Assembly: GCA_964492135.1 (NCBI GenBank)
Contig: CAZBJW010000004.1
Span: 294-64,293 of the forward strand
Reading direction: 5' to 3'
Origin: an uncultured Anaerolineales bacterium
Lineage (GTDB): Bacteria > Chloroflexota > Anaerolineae > UBA7937 > B3-Chlor
DNA length: 64,000 nucleotides
This document shows, in pieces, positions 1-8,154 of the stretch. The translations under genes and the position numbers were made by a program. How positions within the stretch are numbered: the first letter of the stretch is position 1; every line of letters begins with the position of its first letter. Under the pieces are notes generated by a model. It worked only from the letters and a program-made list of their open reading frames with translations, searched no databases and was not told the origin of the DNA.

Positions 1-97
1 TGAAAACAACTCTCTCAAGAGGGACCCTACACAAAGGGGCAAGCCCCGAGGCCAACCCACAGCGCTTCCTAATTTCCCCTTCCTCAGTCAGGCACGC

Positions 98-1696
98 CTA
101 CGCTGCCGCTTCCCTCTCTTCGCTCTCCTCCGAGGAGTAGTAATGGTGATAGTAATAGTAGCCGCCTCCTGTGGGCACTACCTTGTTTAATACCACCCCC
201 AATAGCCTGACACCAGCCTTTTCCAGGGCCTCCTTCCCCTGACGACAAGCCTCGCTCCGAGTCTTTCCCGCATCAACGACTAGAAGCACGCCAGAGGATT
301 GGGAGGCGATGATGCTGGCATCCGCTACCGCCAAGACGGGCGGGCTATCCAAGATCACGACCTCTGCTTCCTCCTTGAGTCGGATCAGAAGCTCCGCCAT
401 ACTCTCCGACCCCAGGAGTTCTGCGGGGTTCGGAGGCAGAGTCCCGCTGGTCAAAAGGCGAAGGCCATGGATGGAGGTTCGGTGGAGCACTGCTTCAAGA
501 CGGAGCCCCTCGTCAACCAGGAGGTCGGTCAGCCCTGGAGCCCTCTGTAGGTCGAAGAGATCGTGAAGAGCCGGACGCCGAAGGTCTGCGTCCACCAGTA
601 CGACCTCCTTTCCCGCCTGAGCCATGACGACGCCCAAATTGGCCGCTGTGGTAGTCTTCCCCTCCAGAGGGGCAGTGCTGGTGACCAGAAGCGCGCTTGC
701 AGGGTTTCCCACAGTTGCAAAGTGGATGTTGGTTCTGAGGACGCGGTACATCTCCGAGATAGACGAACGCGGGTGCTGGAATGTGACCAGGGCATCGCTC
801 AAAGCGTTAACTCGCGCGATACGAGGTATCACGCCTAAAGTCGGGAGAGCGAGTTCCCGTTGGGCATCATCGGGGCTCTTTATGGTATCGTCCAAGTATT
901 CGAGGGAGAAGACCACCCCTATGGCCAGCATGGCTCCCACTGCCCCTGCCAGTGCCGTATTGAGAAAGGTCCGGGGGGAAACCGGCTCCTTGGGCACCAC
1001 CGCTGGCTCCACCACGATCACCGTATCCAAGGATCTCCCCTCGGCAACGCGAATCTCCTCGTAACTCCTCAGGAGGGAGGTGTAACTCTCGCGATAGAGC
1101 GCCAGGTTGTCCTCCAGCCGGGCGATCTCCTCCTGAGTACCAGGACCAGAGAGTGCTTGCAATTGACCGATCCTCTCCTCGGCCTGCTCGATCTCCGAGT
1201 TCAATCCCTCCATCTGCCGGGAAAGGCTTTCCTTCGAGGCGGCGAAGCGTTCCGATTGGATGGCTTCGTTGAGCTCTGTGAACACCTTTGGTATCTCGTT
1301 GGCCATCCTCGCTGCCAGGGAAGGATTGGCATCCTCGACGCTCACCTCGATCAGTCGGGTGTCCCGAACCGATCGCACCTCTATTTTCCCTGCCAACTCC
1401 TCAAGATCTAACTGGAGATTGAGGTTCGCAATCACCTGTTCGAGGACCGGTCTCTTCTTCAACAGTTCGCTGTAGGTTTTGGCCAACCGCTCGCTGGTGA
1501 GGAGGGAGGTATAGTCAGTGAGAGTCGGCTCGCGGGCCTGGCTGATGAGCAAGGTTGTGAAGGCGCGATAGATAGGGGGCATGCTCTTGCTCACCAAGAA
1601 GGCGGTGCCAGCAGCCAGGACGATCCCCAGGGCCATCAACCAAGCCCGTTTGCGAAGGATGGCTAAGTATTCTCTGAGGTCTAAATTTTCCTCCAT
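98..1696 (-). CDS. Polysaccharide co-polymerase (Wzz domain) fused to BY-type tyrosine autokinase
   Basis: 532 aa ORF. N-terminal TM helix (LMALGIVLAAGTAFLV), long coiled-coil periplasmic-type region, second TM (LAGAVGAMLAIGVVFSL). C-terminal P-loop domain has Walker A LEGKTTTAANLG, Walker A-prime VLVDADLRRP and Walker B VVILDSPP. C-terminal tyrosine cluster GGGYYYYHHYY. Confidence 0.85.
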   Translation of the reverse strand: MEENLDLREYLAILRKRAWLMALGIVLAAGTAFLVSKSMPPIYRAFTTLLISQAREPTLTDYTSLLTSERLAKTYSELLKKRPVLEQVIANLNLQLDLEELAGKIEVRSVRDTRLIEVSVEDANPSLAARMANEIPKVFTELNEAIQSERFAASKESLSRQMEGLNSEIEQAEERIGQLQALSGPGTQEEIARLEDNLALYRESYTSLLRSYEEIRVAEGRSLDTVIVVEPAVVPKEPVSPRTFLNTALAGAVGAMLAIGVVFSLEYLDDTIKSPDDAQRELALPTLGVIPRIARVNALSDALVTFQHPRSSISEMYRVLRTNIHFATVGNPASALLVTSTAPLEGKTTTAANLGVVMAQAGKEVVLVDADLRRPALHDLFDLQRAPGLTDLLVDEGLRLEAVLHRTSIHGLRLLTSGTLPPNPAELLGSESMAELLIRLKEEAEVVILDSPPVLAVADASIIASQSSGVLLVVDAGKTRSEACRQGKEALEKAGVRLLGVVLNKVVPTGGGYYYYHHYYSSEESEEREAAA

Positions 1697-1896
1697 TTCA
1701 TGTGGACCCCTCCCACTAGGTTGAAGATCAGGGTCGGCCAGCCCGGGCTGGCATCAACGGGCCCGGAGCCACCCGGATCGGACCCCCATCCACCATGGCC
1801 CCCAAGGTCCGGCCGAACCAGCTTCGCGACCAGATAGACTCCCCGATAGACCACCACGCAGGCCGGGGGAAAGCCTCGTTTCTCTTGCGTCTATCG

Positions 1897-2121
1897 TCAT
1901 GATCTGGTCTCCTCTTGCTCTGAGGCTGCCTCCGGCTTCACCCATCGTTTCTCAAAGCCAAAGCGCATCAGCCAGATATAGAGGGTGCTTTGGTCTACGC
2001 CGAGCTTAGCAGCTGCATGTTCCAGGAGAGCATGTTTGCTACACAACTCCTCAAGGATCTGCTCGATTGGCTTTCCCCTTTCCTCCTCGATCTGCCGCAT
2101 CCGATACGTCTTGTGAGCCAT
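1897..2121 (-). CDS. Small HTH DNA-binding protein (Cro/Fis-like), divergent from the S24 repressor gene
   Basis: 74 aa ORF with the HTH-like segment AAAKLGVDQSTLYIWLMRFG. Transcribed divergently from the CI-like gene at 2267. Confidence 0.5.
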   Translation of the reverse strand: MAHKTYRMRQIEEERGKPIEQILEELCSKHALLEHAAAKLGVDQSTLYIWLMRFGFEKRWVKPEAASEQEETRS

Positions 2122-2129
2122 GGCCTATC

Positions 2130-2281
2130 CTTAAGCGTCGCTTAAGCTCGTCATCAGTCTTTCCTTAACTCAAGTGCAAGACTATAGGCTCATGCCGAGC
2201 CTACAGATATTGTAGCATATTCTTAAGCCTTTGTCAAGTTCTTTCATGATATACTCTAGATAGACATTGAAAGGACTTAAG
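2130..2281. promoter_or_regulatory. Divergent intergenic control region with four perfect CTTAAG palindromes (candidate operators)
   Basis: CTTAAG at 2130-2135, 2141-2146, 2222-2227 and 2276-2281, plus a degenerate CTTAAC near 2164. An extended -10-like TGATATACT lies just upstream of the 2267 start. Confidence 0.35.
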
Positions 2282-2974
2282 GAAGTGCCTACAAAGAAAT
2301 TCGTTGGTGCCCGGATTCGCGAGGCCCGGGAAGCCAAGGGTTGGAGTCAACAGGAACTCGGCCAGCGTTTTGGGGTTTCTCACGCCGCGATTTCTGATCT
2401 AGAGCGCGGTGTCACTCAGAAAATAGATATCGATGATTTAGAGCGGCTCGCGGCTCTCCTTGATCGGCCACTCAATTACTTCTTGGGGCGCGAGACCGAG
2501 GAGGATAGGAGAGCCGCGGAGTTGAAACGGCTGGCGAACGAAGCGGAACGCCTGCGCCGGGAGGTCAGAGAACTTGAAAGCGACTATCTGCTGGATACTA
2601 TGGCCGTGCCTCTCGTTGGTGCCGTCCCTGGGAGGTATGCCGACTTTCGGGACCAGGCAGAAGCTGACGAGTTCCATCCGATCCGCAGGACAGCCATCCA
2701 CGCTGAGGGGGCTTATTGCCTCCAAGTGACAGACGATTCGATGATAGACCAAGGTATCTTCGATGGAGACATGGTTTTCGTCGACAAGATGGTGAGGCCG
2801 GAGGATGGGGATGTTGTGATCGCTCGCAAGGGCGGTGAGGTGGTAATCCGGGTCTTTCGAGAGGGTGACAATGGCCCCTATCTTGAGCCTGCCAACAAAG
2901 GGTATAGGAGACTCCGTTTGAAGGAGGTGGAGATCATCGGTGTGGTGGTGGAATCCAAGAGGGCGTATAGATGA
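2267..2974 (+). CDS. CI/LexA-like repressor: XRE-family HTH + S24 self-cleaving peptidase domain
   Basis: 235 aa. N-terminal HTH is GWSQQELGQRFGVSHAAISDLERG, followed by a coiled-coil linker. C-terminal S24 signature VTDDSMIDQGIFDGDMVFVD...VVIARKGGEVVIRVF (Ser/Lys dyad context). Confidence 0.85.
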   Translation: MKGLKEVPTKKFVGARIREAREAKGWSQQELGQRFGVSHAAISDLERGVTQKIDIDDLERLAALLDRPLNYFLGRETEEDRRAAELKRLANEAERLRREVRELESDYLLDTMAVPLVGAVPGRYADFRDQAEADEFHPIRRTAIHAEGAYCLQVTDDSMIDQGIFDGDMVFVDKMVRPEDGDVVIARKGGEVVIRVFREGDNGPYLEPANKGYRRLRLKEVEIIGVVVESKRAYR

Positions 2975-3722
2975 AAGTTGATGGTTCATAGATCGTAAGC
3001 CTAGTGGTGGCGCGGTCCTGTATCTCTCAAGCGTGATCAAAGGTGGTTGGTCGCGTAGGAGGTACTCGGAAGATCAACAACTGATCCACCGATCATGCAT
3101 GGTCTGTTAGGCTCGCTGCCATTGCTGGAGTGGGTTCCTCCCAGCTCATCAGGGCCCCCTTGAGCAGCCGGACTCGCAGGGCTTGGCGAGAGAGAAGAGA
3201 GTTGTAGTAGGCATCATCTAACTCAGTATGCGACTCCAAGATCACCCTCTCTTTGGAGAAGGAAAGGGTCTTGGGCACCTACTCCTCCCCATCCTCTCCC
3301 CGACCGTCAGGTTGTTATGCTGAGCCAAGGAGGCGTTTATCTCCCTAGCACAGCCACAGGAAACCAGGCTCTCGATTATCTCCTCAAGCTCGCCAAAGAC
3401 ATCCTCTTCTTACCTCGCACCATCCTAGACGATAGAATCACTCTCCTGGGAAGTGGTACCGAAGTCTATAGACATCCCATACGATCTCCCCAAACGGTTG
3501 GTCGTGGAGAACAAAAGGCCTCGGCGTCTCCGCGAGGCCATCGATGAGCGCCCTCCATAGCCAGGCTCTCCATCACCCCGGCAGAAAGCGCTCCCTCACC
3601 TCGATTCCCCTACCAACCCGCTCTTCCTTCCCCGTAACTGGGTTTTGCTTGGTGGGCACCTTACGCCGAGTCTAAGCTCTCATGGTCTCCAGCCACTACC
3701 CTCCTGGGGAGATACTCCCCCA

Positions 3723-4163
3723 TCATAGACGCTGGCATCGGGCCTGCATCAAAAGTTCGGGGACCTGGAAGTGATCGGCCATCTCCGTGAGATCCATCCG
3801 TTGAGCGAGGCAGACCCTCAGCTCGCCCTCGAGCACCAGGAGATGGAAGGCGAACTCGCGAGCCTCCCTCCCCTGGGAGAGGGTTCGCTGAAGGTCGGTC
3901 TGGTTCAAGCAGAAGAGCTGATTGCCGGCATGCAAGAAGTGATCTCCCAAGACATGGCCCATGAGCTCTCGGACATATCTGGTATCTGTGATGGAATTTT
4001 TGACGGCAACGTGGTGTCCAACGACCATCTCTTGAACCCTGCCCTTCAGCGGAAAACGCGTCACTTTCAGATCCTCTCCCTCGAGGATCGCCTCCACGTC
4101 TACGGGAGTGGAGAGTTTATATCTCTTCCAGATAGGGGCAGCTCGTTGGGATGCCACAGACAT
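3723..4163 (-). CDS. ImmA/IrrE-like (M78-type) protein, paralog 1, with no adjacent HTH partner
   Basis: 146 aa. Segment YVRELMGHVLGDHFLHAGNQLFC...AREFAFHLLV resembles the ImmA/IrrE core, but the first His of HEXXH is Arg. Clearly paralogous, at the nucleotide level too, to 6806-7279. Confidence 0.5.
   Translation of the reverse strand: MSVASQRAAPIWKRYKLSTPVDVEAILEGEDLKVTRFPLKGRVQEMVVGHHVAVKNSITDTRYVRELMGHVLGDHFLHAGNQLFCLNQTDLQRTLSQGREAREFAFHLLVLEGELRVCLAQRMDLTEMADHFQVPELLMQARCQRL
3741..4163. repeat. Diverged duplicate A of the ImmA-like gene segment
   Basis: Aligns base by base with 6856-7279. Long identical runs include ggacctggaagtgatcggccatctccgtgag and ggtcggtctggttcaagcagaagagctgattgccggcatgcaagaagtgat. 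Weaker similarity continues at 3480-3550 versus 6590-6660. Confidence 0.8.
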
Positions 4164-4317
4164 GGGATACTCGATCCCCCCTGGCCGGCCCTGACCCCAA
4201 CCGCTGCCACCTGCCAGTCACGTCGCTGCCCGGTCTGGACAGTTTTGTGGCTAACATGCCCCGCGGCCTGCAAGCCGAACTGGCCGACTACGACGAGGGG
4301 CAAGGTTGGATCGTCCT

Positions 4318-4859
4318 GGCTTGGTCTACTTCCTGGCTCGGATGTACCTGATCATCACCTTGATGGTATCCAACGTGATCGCCGTCCACGGTTTCGCCGG
4401 GAAGAAGGAGCGCAAGACCTAGAGGCGCTACCGTAGACGCCCACTACTGACCGGCAGCTGTTCCTGGGCAAGCTGCTCACCGCCTGACTGCCGGCGATGG
4501 GGGTGGCCCTGGGTGGCTTTGTGCTCTAGGGGCCCGTGGCTAGCCTGGACGGTGATGGCGTGGATCTTCTTCCCCAACACCATGTGGCTGGGGTTGGTGG
4601 TCTGGGTGGCACCGGCCATGGTCAGGCTGGGCACGATCGTGCTGGTCTCGGCGCGGGTGCGGGGCTTTCAGGAGCCCTACCAGTTGGGGATCCCGTCGTC
4701 CTGCCTATCCCCCTGCTGGTGATCGGCCAGGCCAGTGGGATGGTGTACTTCAGCCTGGGATTGGTGCTGCTCAGCCTGGTCTTATGGGTGCTAGCTGCGG
4801 CGCTGCTGTGGTTTAGCGGACGGGCGCTCCAGCGAAGCGAACTCATCGCCCGGTTATAA
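4318..4859 (+). pseudogene. ABC-2 (NatB-like) transporter permease remnant, frameshifted and with an internal stop
   Basis: Pieces in different frames: ...VIAVHGFAGKKERKT / LEALP*TPTTDRQLFLGKLL / ...LVLLSLVLWVLAAALLWFSGRALQRSELI. They match the GEKERGTLE...GK motif region and the C-terminus of ABC-2 permeases. The N-terminal part is missing. Confidence 0.45.
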
Positions 4860-4915
4860 AACGTGTTTGTCAGCCGCTAACTGGTAGCAGAGTTATCGAA
4901 GCATGGAAAAGAAGG

Positions 4916-5284
4916 TCAAGCCAGCTCCATGGTGAGGGGAATGCCCTCCTGGGCCACGTTCTCGTAGAGGCTGAAGCGTTCTCGCTCCATCCGCTGCCAG
5001 CGCTCTTGACCAATAACCCGGGGGGCGATGAGAACGCCATATTCCAGCGATACATCGGAGGCTACATTGCTGACGGCATGCCGAAAACGCCAATCGTCCT
5101 CATCTACGATGAGCAGGATGTCTATGTCGGACTCCGAATGGCTGTCGCCACGGGCCTTAGAACCAAAGAGAATGGCTTGAAAGACGCGACCCGGATAGTG
5201 TGCCCACAACCTGGCTAGAAAACCCTCGATCGCTTCCCGTTCCTTTGACTGGAGCAGTTCAACAAGTCGTGGATTCACAGCCAT
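4916..5284 (-). CDS. Nucleotidyltransferase (MNT-type antitoxin of a HEPN/MNT pair)
   Basis: 122 aa with the minimal nucleotidyltransferase motif LFGSKARGDSHSESDIDILLIV. Overlaps the upstream HEPN gene by 10 nt. Confidence 0.85.
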   Translation of the reverse strand: MAVNPRLVELLQSKEREAIEGFLARLWAHYPGRVFQAILFGSKARGDSHSESDIDILLIVDEDDWRFRHAVSNVASDVSLEYGVLIAPRVIGQERWQRMERERFSLYENVAQEGIPLTMELA

Positions 5285-5685
5285 TCCTTCTCCTTGAGAT
5301 ACGCTTCCACCCGGCTCACAAAACGCCGAGAGTCGTTGAGGTCCTCTTTGGCCTGATCAGCAGTTGTCGTCTCCTTGATTTCGTAATCGCCAAGGTGGCG
5401 ATCGTCGATCACCCGGCCGTAGATGCGGCTATACTCGGCCTCAATCAGGCCTGGCTTCACAAACCGCTCGCGAAAGGCGCTGATCGCCCCGCTGTGCTTA
5501 CTGCGGGCCAGCCTCTGGGTAGACAGCATGGCATTGGCTGCGTAGAAGATGGCATAGTAGGCTCGGTTGACAGCCGAGGCGTAGAAGCCGTCATTCAGAT
5601 TGCGCGCGGCCACCAGAAGCATCTGGTGAGCGCGATCCACGTAAAGCGCCACTTCACGGCCCCGGGCAAGAGGCTCTTCAGACAT
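5275..5685 (-). CDS. HEPN domain protein (toxin partner of MNT)
   Basis: 136 aa, all-helical. HEPN-like segments are NRAYYAIFYAANAML and IDDRHLGDYE. Operon overlap with the MNT gene. Confidence 0.75.
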   Translation of the reverse strand: MSEEPLARGREVALYVDRAHQMLLVAARNLNDGFYASAVNRAYYAIFYAANAMLSTQRLARSKHSGAISAFRERFVKPGLIEAEYSRIYGRVIDDRHLGDYEIKETTTADQAKEDLNDSRRFVSRVEAYLKEKEWL

Positions 5686-6805
5686 TGATTATCGCTCCCC
5701 ACCACCCTCGATGAGAGTATACAGTAGTTTGAGGAGAAGGACAAGTGGAAAGGGGCAGGGAGGTTGTGTTCACCGATCGGTTCCTGAGGCTCACCTCTGG
5801 GTCGACCGACGATTGATTCTAGCCTTATCTTCCCTTCTGGCCGGGGTGGAAGGCAGTCTGGCCACCAGTTTCAAAGGGGGAAGCTCCTCAGCGACGAGGG
5901 AGTAGGACCGGCACCGGTCGCGACTCCTCCCCTGGCCTGCCATCTCCAGAGCAGCCAGGACAGGCTGGTACGCCTTTGGGGAGGCGTGCCAGCGCAGCCT
6001 CTGCCACTACCCCTCCCAGGCACCTGACTCTCCTACAAAGAGAGCTTACACCTACGATTCACCCGTCCTGTCATCGGTTGAAATGAGCAAGCTGCCCCCC
6101 TACCGAAGCGGCTCGATCGCCTCGCAGACCAACAGATCTATTATTCAAGCACCCCTCTCTCTTTGAGGAGGGTGGATAGAGGGAGTTGCGTAAGGGGATC
6201 GGGTTAGGGGCTTCTTTTGGCCCTCAGGTGCGCCAGTTGAAACTGTGCTTCATGGCTTCGAAAATAGCCGCAGTTTAGCCGCTAGGTCCAGACGGACCAT
6301 AGTCGCTCGTGGCGAGACAAAGTAGGTCGGTCATCGCCGTCCGACAGGTGAGTGCGGCAAATTTACGTCGTAAAAGGAATATATGGGCTCGTGGCGCAGC
6401 CGTTGGGAGGGCAGTTAGCAGAGGAGAGCTGCCGATGGGTTCTATCGAGCCCGGCTCGGTGCGAAATCATAGGTGTTCGGAAGACCACGACGCGGTCTCG
6501 CCAACGCGCGCGGGTGTTGCTTTTCCGTTCGTCCGGCGCATTTCTTCCCCTTGATACCTAACTCCCCTCCCTGCCCAGCCTTGTCGAGGGTTATGATCTC
6601 CCTAAACCGTTGCTCGTGGAGAACAAGAGACCTCGCCATCTCGGTGAGGTGATGGATCAACGCATCTCCTGGGGCCGGGCTCCTGGGGAGCCAAGGCGGC
6701 CGGGGCGCCTCTGGGGGAGGCCCCTACCAGCATCAGCGGTTCTTTCTGTGACTGCGCCTTTGCTGATGATGGCATGATGAATCGGCGCTTCGATGGTCTC
6801 CTGGT

Positions 6806-7279
6806 TCACCTTCCTTGCCATGCTACGCTGCTTCCCATGGATAGGGTCTCGCATCGGGCCTGCATGAAGAGTGCGGGGACCTGGAAGTGATCGGCCATCT
6901 CCGTGAGTCCCATCCGTTGAGCGAGGCATGCTCTCATCTCCTCCTCAGGCACCAGGAGATGAAAGGCGAACTCGCGCGCTTCCCTCTCCTGGGAGAGGGT
7001 CCGTTGAAGGTCGGTCTGGTTCAAGCAGAAGAGCTGATTGCCGGCATGCAAGAAGTGATGTCCCAAGACATGGGCCATGAGCTCTCGAATGTATCTGGTG
7101 TTGGTGATGGAGTCCTTGATGCCGATGTCACGTCCAACGATCACTTCGGGAACCCTGCCTGCGAAGGGGAAACGGGTAATTTCCAGATCCTCCCCCTCCA
7201 GGATCGGATCCAGGTCTACGGGAGTGGAGAGTTTGTATCTTTCTCCGATAGGGGCAGCTCGTTGGGATGCTCGAGACAT
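6806..7279 (-). CDS. ImmA/IrrE-like (M78-type) protein, paralog 2, downstream of an XRE regulator
   Basis: 157 aa with YIRELMAHVLGHHFLHAGNQLFC...AREFAFHLLVPEEEM. Sits directly downstream of the XRE HTH gene, the classic ImmR/ImmA arrangement. Confidence 0.6.
   Translation of the reverse strand: MSRASQRAAPIGERYKLSTPVDLDPILEGEDLEITRFPFAGRVPEVIVGRDIGIKDSITNTRYIRELMAHVLGHHFLHAGNQLFCLNQTDLQRTLSQEREAREFAFHLLVPEEEMRACLAQRMGLTEMADHFQVPALFMQARCETLSMGSSVAWQGR
6856..7279. repeat. Diverged duplicate B of the ImmA-like gene segment
   Basis: See 3741-4163. Confidence 0.8.
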
Positions 7280-7336
7280 GAGAGTGCTCGATTCCGCCCC
7301 TTTGGCGGGGCCTGGCAGGCTGAAGACCCATGCCGA

Positions 7337-7672
7337 TCAGGTAGACTCGGCCCGCTTCGACAGGACGAACTGAATGTAGTCGAAGACGGACTTCTTCTCC
7401 TCCCGGGTCATCCCTTCGATGTAGTTCATCATAACCAGGAGGCTAGGCTCCGATTTAGGGAAGGAGCCCACGATGATCTCCTCCACCGGGACACCCAAAG
7501 TGTGGGCGATGGAGAGGGCCACGTGCATATAGACGTTTTCCTTGCGGTCGGTCTCGATCTTGGAGATGAGACTTCGGTCCACCTGGGCCCTATCGCCCAG
7601 CTCGTCCTGGGTCCAGCCGTCGATTTCATCCCTCAGATACCGGACCCTTTCGCCGTCGATCTCGTATTTCAT
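7337..7672 (-). CDS. XRE-family HTH transcriptional regulator (ImmR-like)
   Basis: Start chosen at the internal ATG (7672), which has GGGGAGAG upstream. The product MKYEIDGERVRYLRDEIDGWTQDELGDRAQVDRSLISKIETDRK is a canonical XRE HTH. The longer ORF reaching 7813 would run across the promoter region. Confidence 0.8.
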   Translation of the reverse strand: MKYEIDGERVRYLRDEIDGWTQDELGDRAQVDRSLISKIETDRKENVYMHVALSIAHTLGVPVEEIIVGSFPKSEPSLLVMMNYIEGMTREEKKSVFDYIQFVLSKRAEST

Positions 7673-7687
7673 CTCTCCCCTGATGCA

Positions 7688-7716
7688 AGGATACCACATT
7701 TTGTGCCGCTTGTCAA
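7688..7716 (-). promoter_or_regulatory. Candidate sigma-70 promoter for the XRE/ImmA operon
   Basis: On the minus strand: TTGACA (7716-7711), 17 nt spacer, TGgTATCCT (-10 at 7693-7688). The -35 sits inside the palindrome CTTGT-TG-ACAAG. Confidence 0.45.
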
Positions 7717-7768
7717 CAAGACGTCGCTGTAATGGAGGGAATAGGCTGACTTTTAAGGTAAAAAGGGC

Positions 7769-7797
7769 TTGACAGATTAGCACATTCGTGCTATAAT
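7769..7797 (+). promoter_or_regulatory. Perfect consensus sigma-70 promoter (TTGACA-17-TATAAT with TGn extension)
   Basis: TTGACA at 7769-7774, 17 nt spacer ending in TGC, TATAAT at 7792-7797. Back to back with the minus-strand promoter. Reads into the ATG at 7820. Confidence 0.6.
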
Positions 7798-7819
7798 TGT
7801 GATGCTCTTCCACGAGACC

Positions 7820-8052
7820 ATGAACAGAAAAGACGAGATCCTTGAATTCATACGTGAGTTCCGAAACGCCATGGGCTATGCCCCCAGCTTCAGGGAGATC
7901 GTAGTTGGAACCTCGGTGGCCTCCACTCGACGGTCCACCGATATCTGGTGAGGTTGGAGGAGGACGGGCTCATCCGCCGGGCCAAGGAGACCGCTCGGTC
8001 CATCATATCCCTGGATGGGCAGGGGGCGTCTTCTTTTTGGCTCAGGATGTGA
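7820..8052 (+). pseudogene. LexA-N-terminal-type winged-helix repressor gene, split by a frameshift
   Basis: Frame 1 gives MNRKDEILEFIREFRNAMGYAPSFREI..., stopping at 7949-7951. The +2 frame continues LGGLHSTVHRYLVRLEEDGLIRRAKETARSIISLDGQG..., stopping at 8050-8052. Joined, the two pieces reproduce the LexA DNA-binding domain pattern. Confidence 0.5.
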
Positions 8053-8154
8053 CTCTCGTCCATAAAGGAGACGAAGCCAGAGCTTGTCATGGTAGAGCGG
8101 ACGTGTCGGAGCATGCTAGAGGAGTTCGATATCTTCTCTAGTTAGGAGGCGAGA

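Noticed and set aside
2438-3040. 200-aa minus-strand ORF
   Set aside because: It is antisense to the CI/S24 repressor gene, which has clear HTH and Ser/Lys peptidase motifs. The antisense product has none.
3093-3278. 61-aa minus-strand ORF (MPKTLSFSKERVILESHTELDDAYYNSLL...) in the first mobile remnant
   Set aside because: I could not recognise a domain, there is no clear RBS, and the surrounding sequence contains broken frames. It was left unannotated rather than called hypothetical.
6385-6452. tRNA-like start GGGCTCGTGGCGCAGCC... with a matching 3-prime acceptor strand CGAGCCC 60 nt downstream
   Set aside because: A 7-bp acceptor pairing and a GGCAG/CTGCC stem exist, but the putative anticodon loop would be 14 nt, no proper T-arm (GTTCRANYC) or D-arm can be drawn, and the total length is wrong. 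At most it is a decayed tRNA or att remnant. tRNAscan/ARAGORN could confirm the absence.
6887-7732. 281-aa plus-strand ORF, and the similar 221-aa ORF at 3771-4436
   Set aside because: Both are mirror-frame shadows of the ImmA-like and XRE genes on the minus strand, and they duplicate only because the underlying DNA is duplicated. No domain features.
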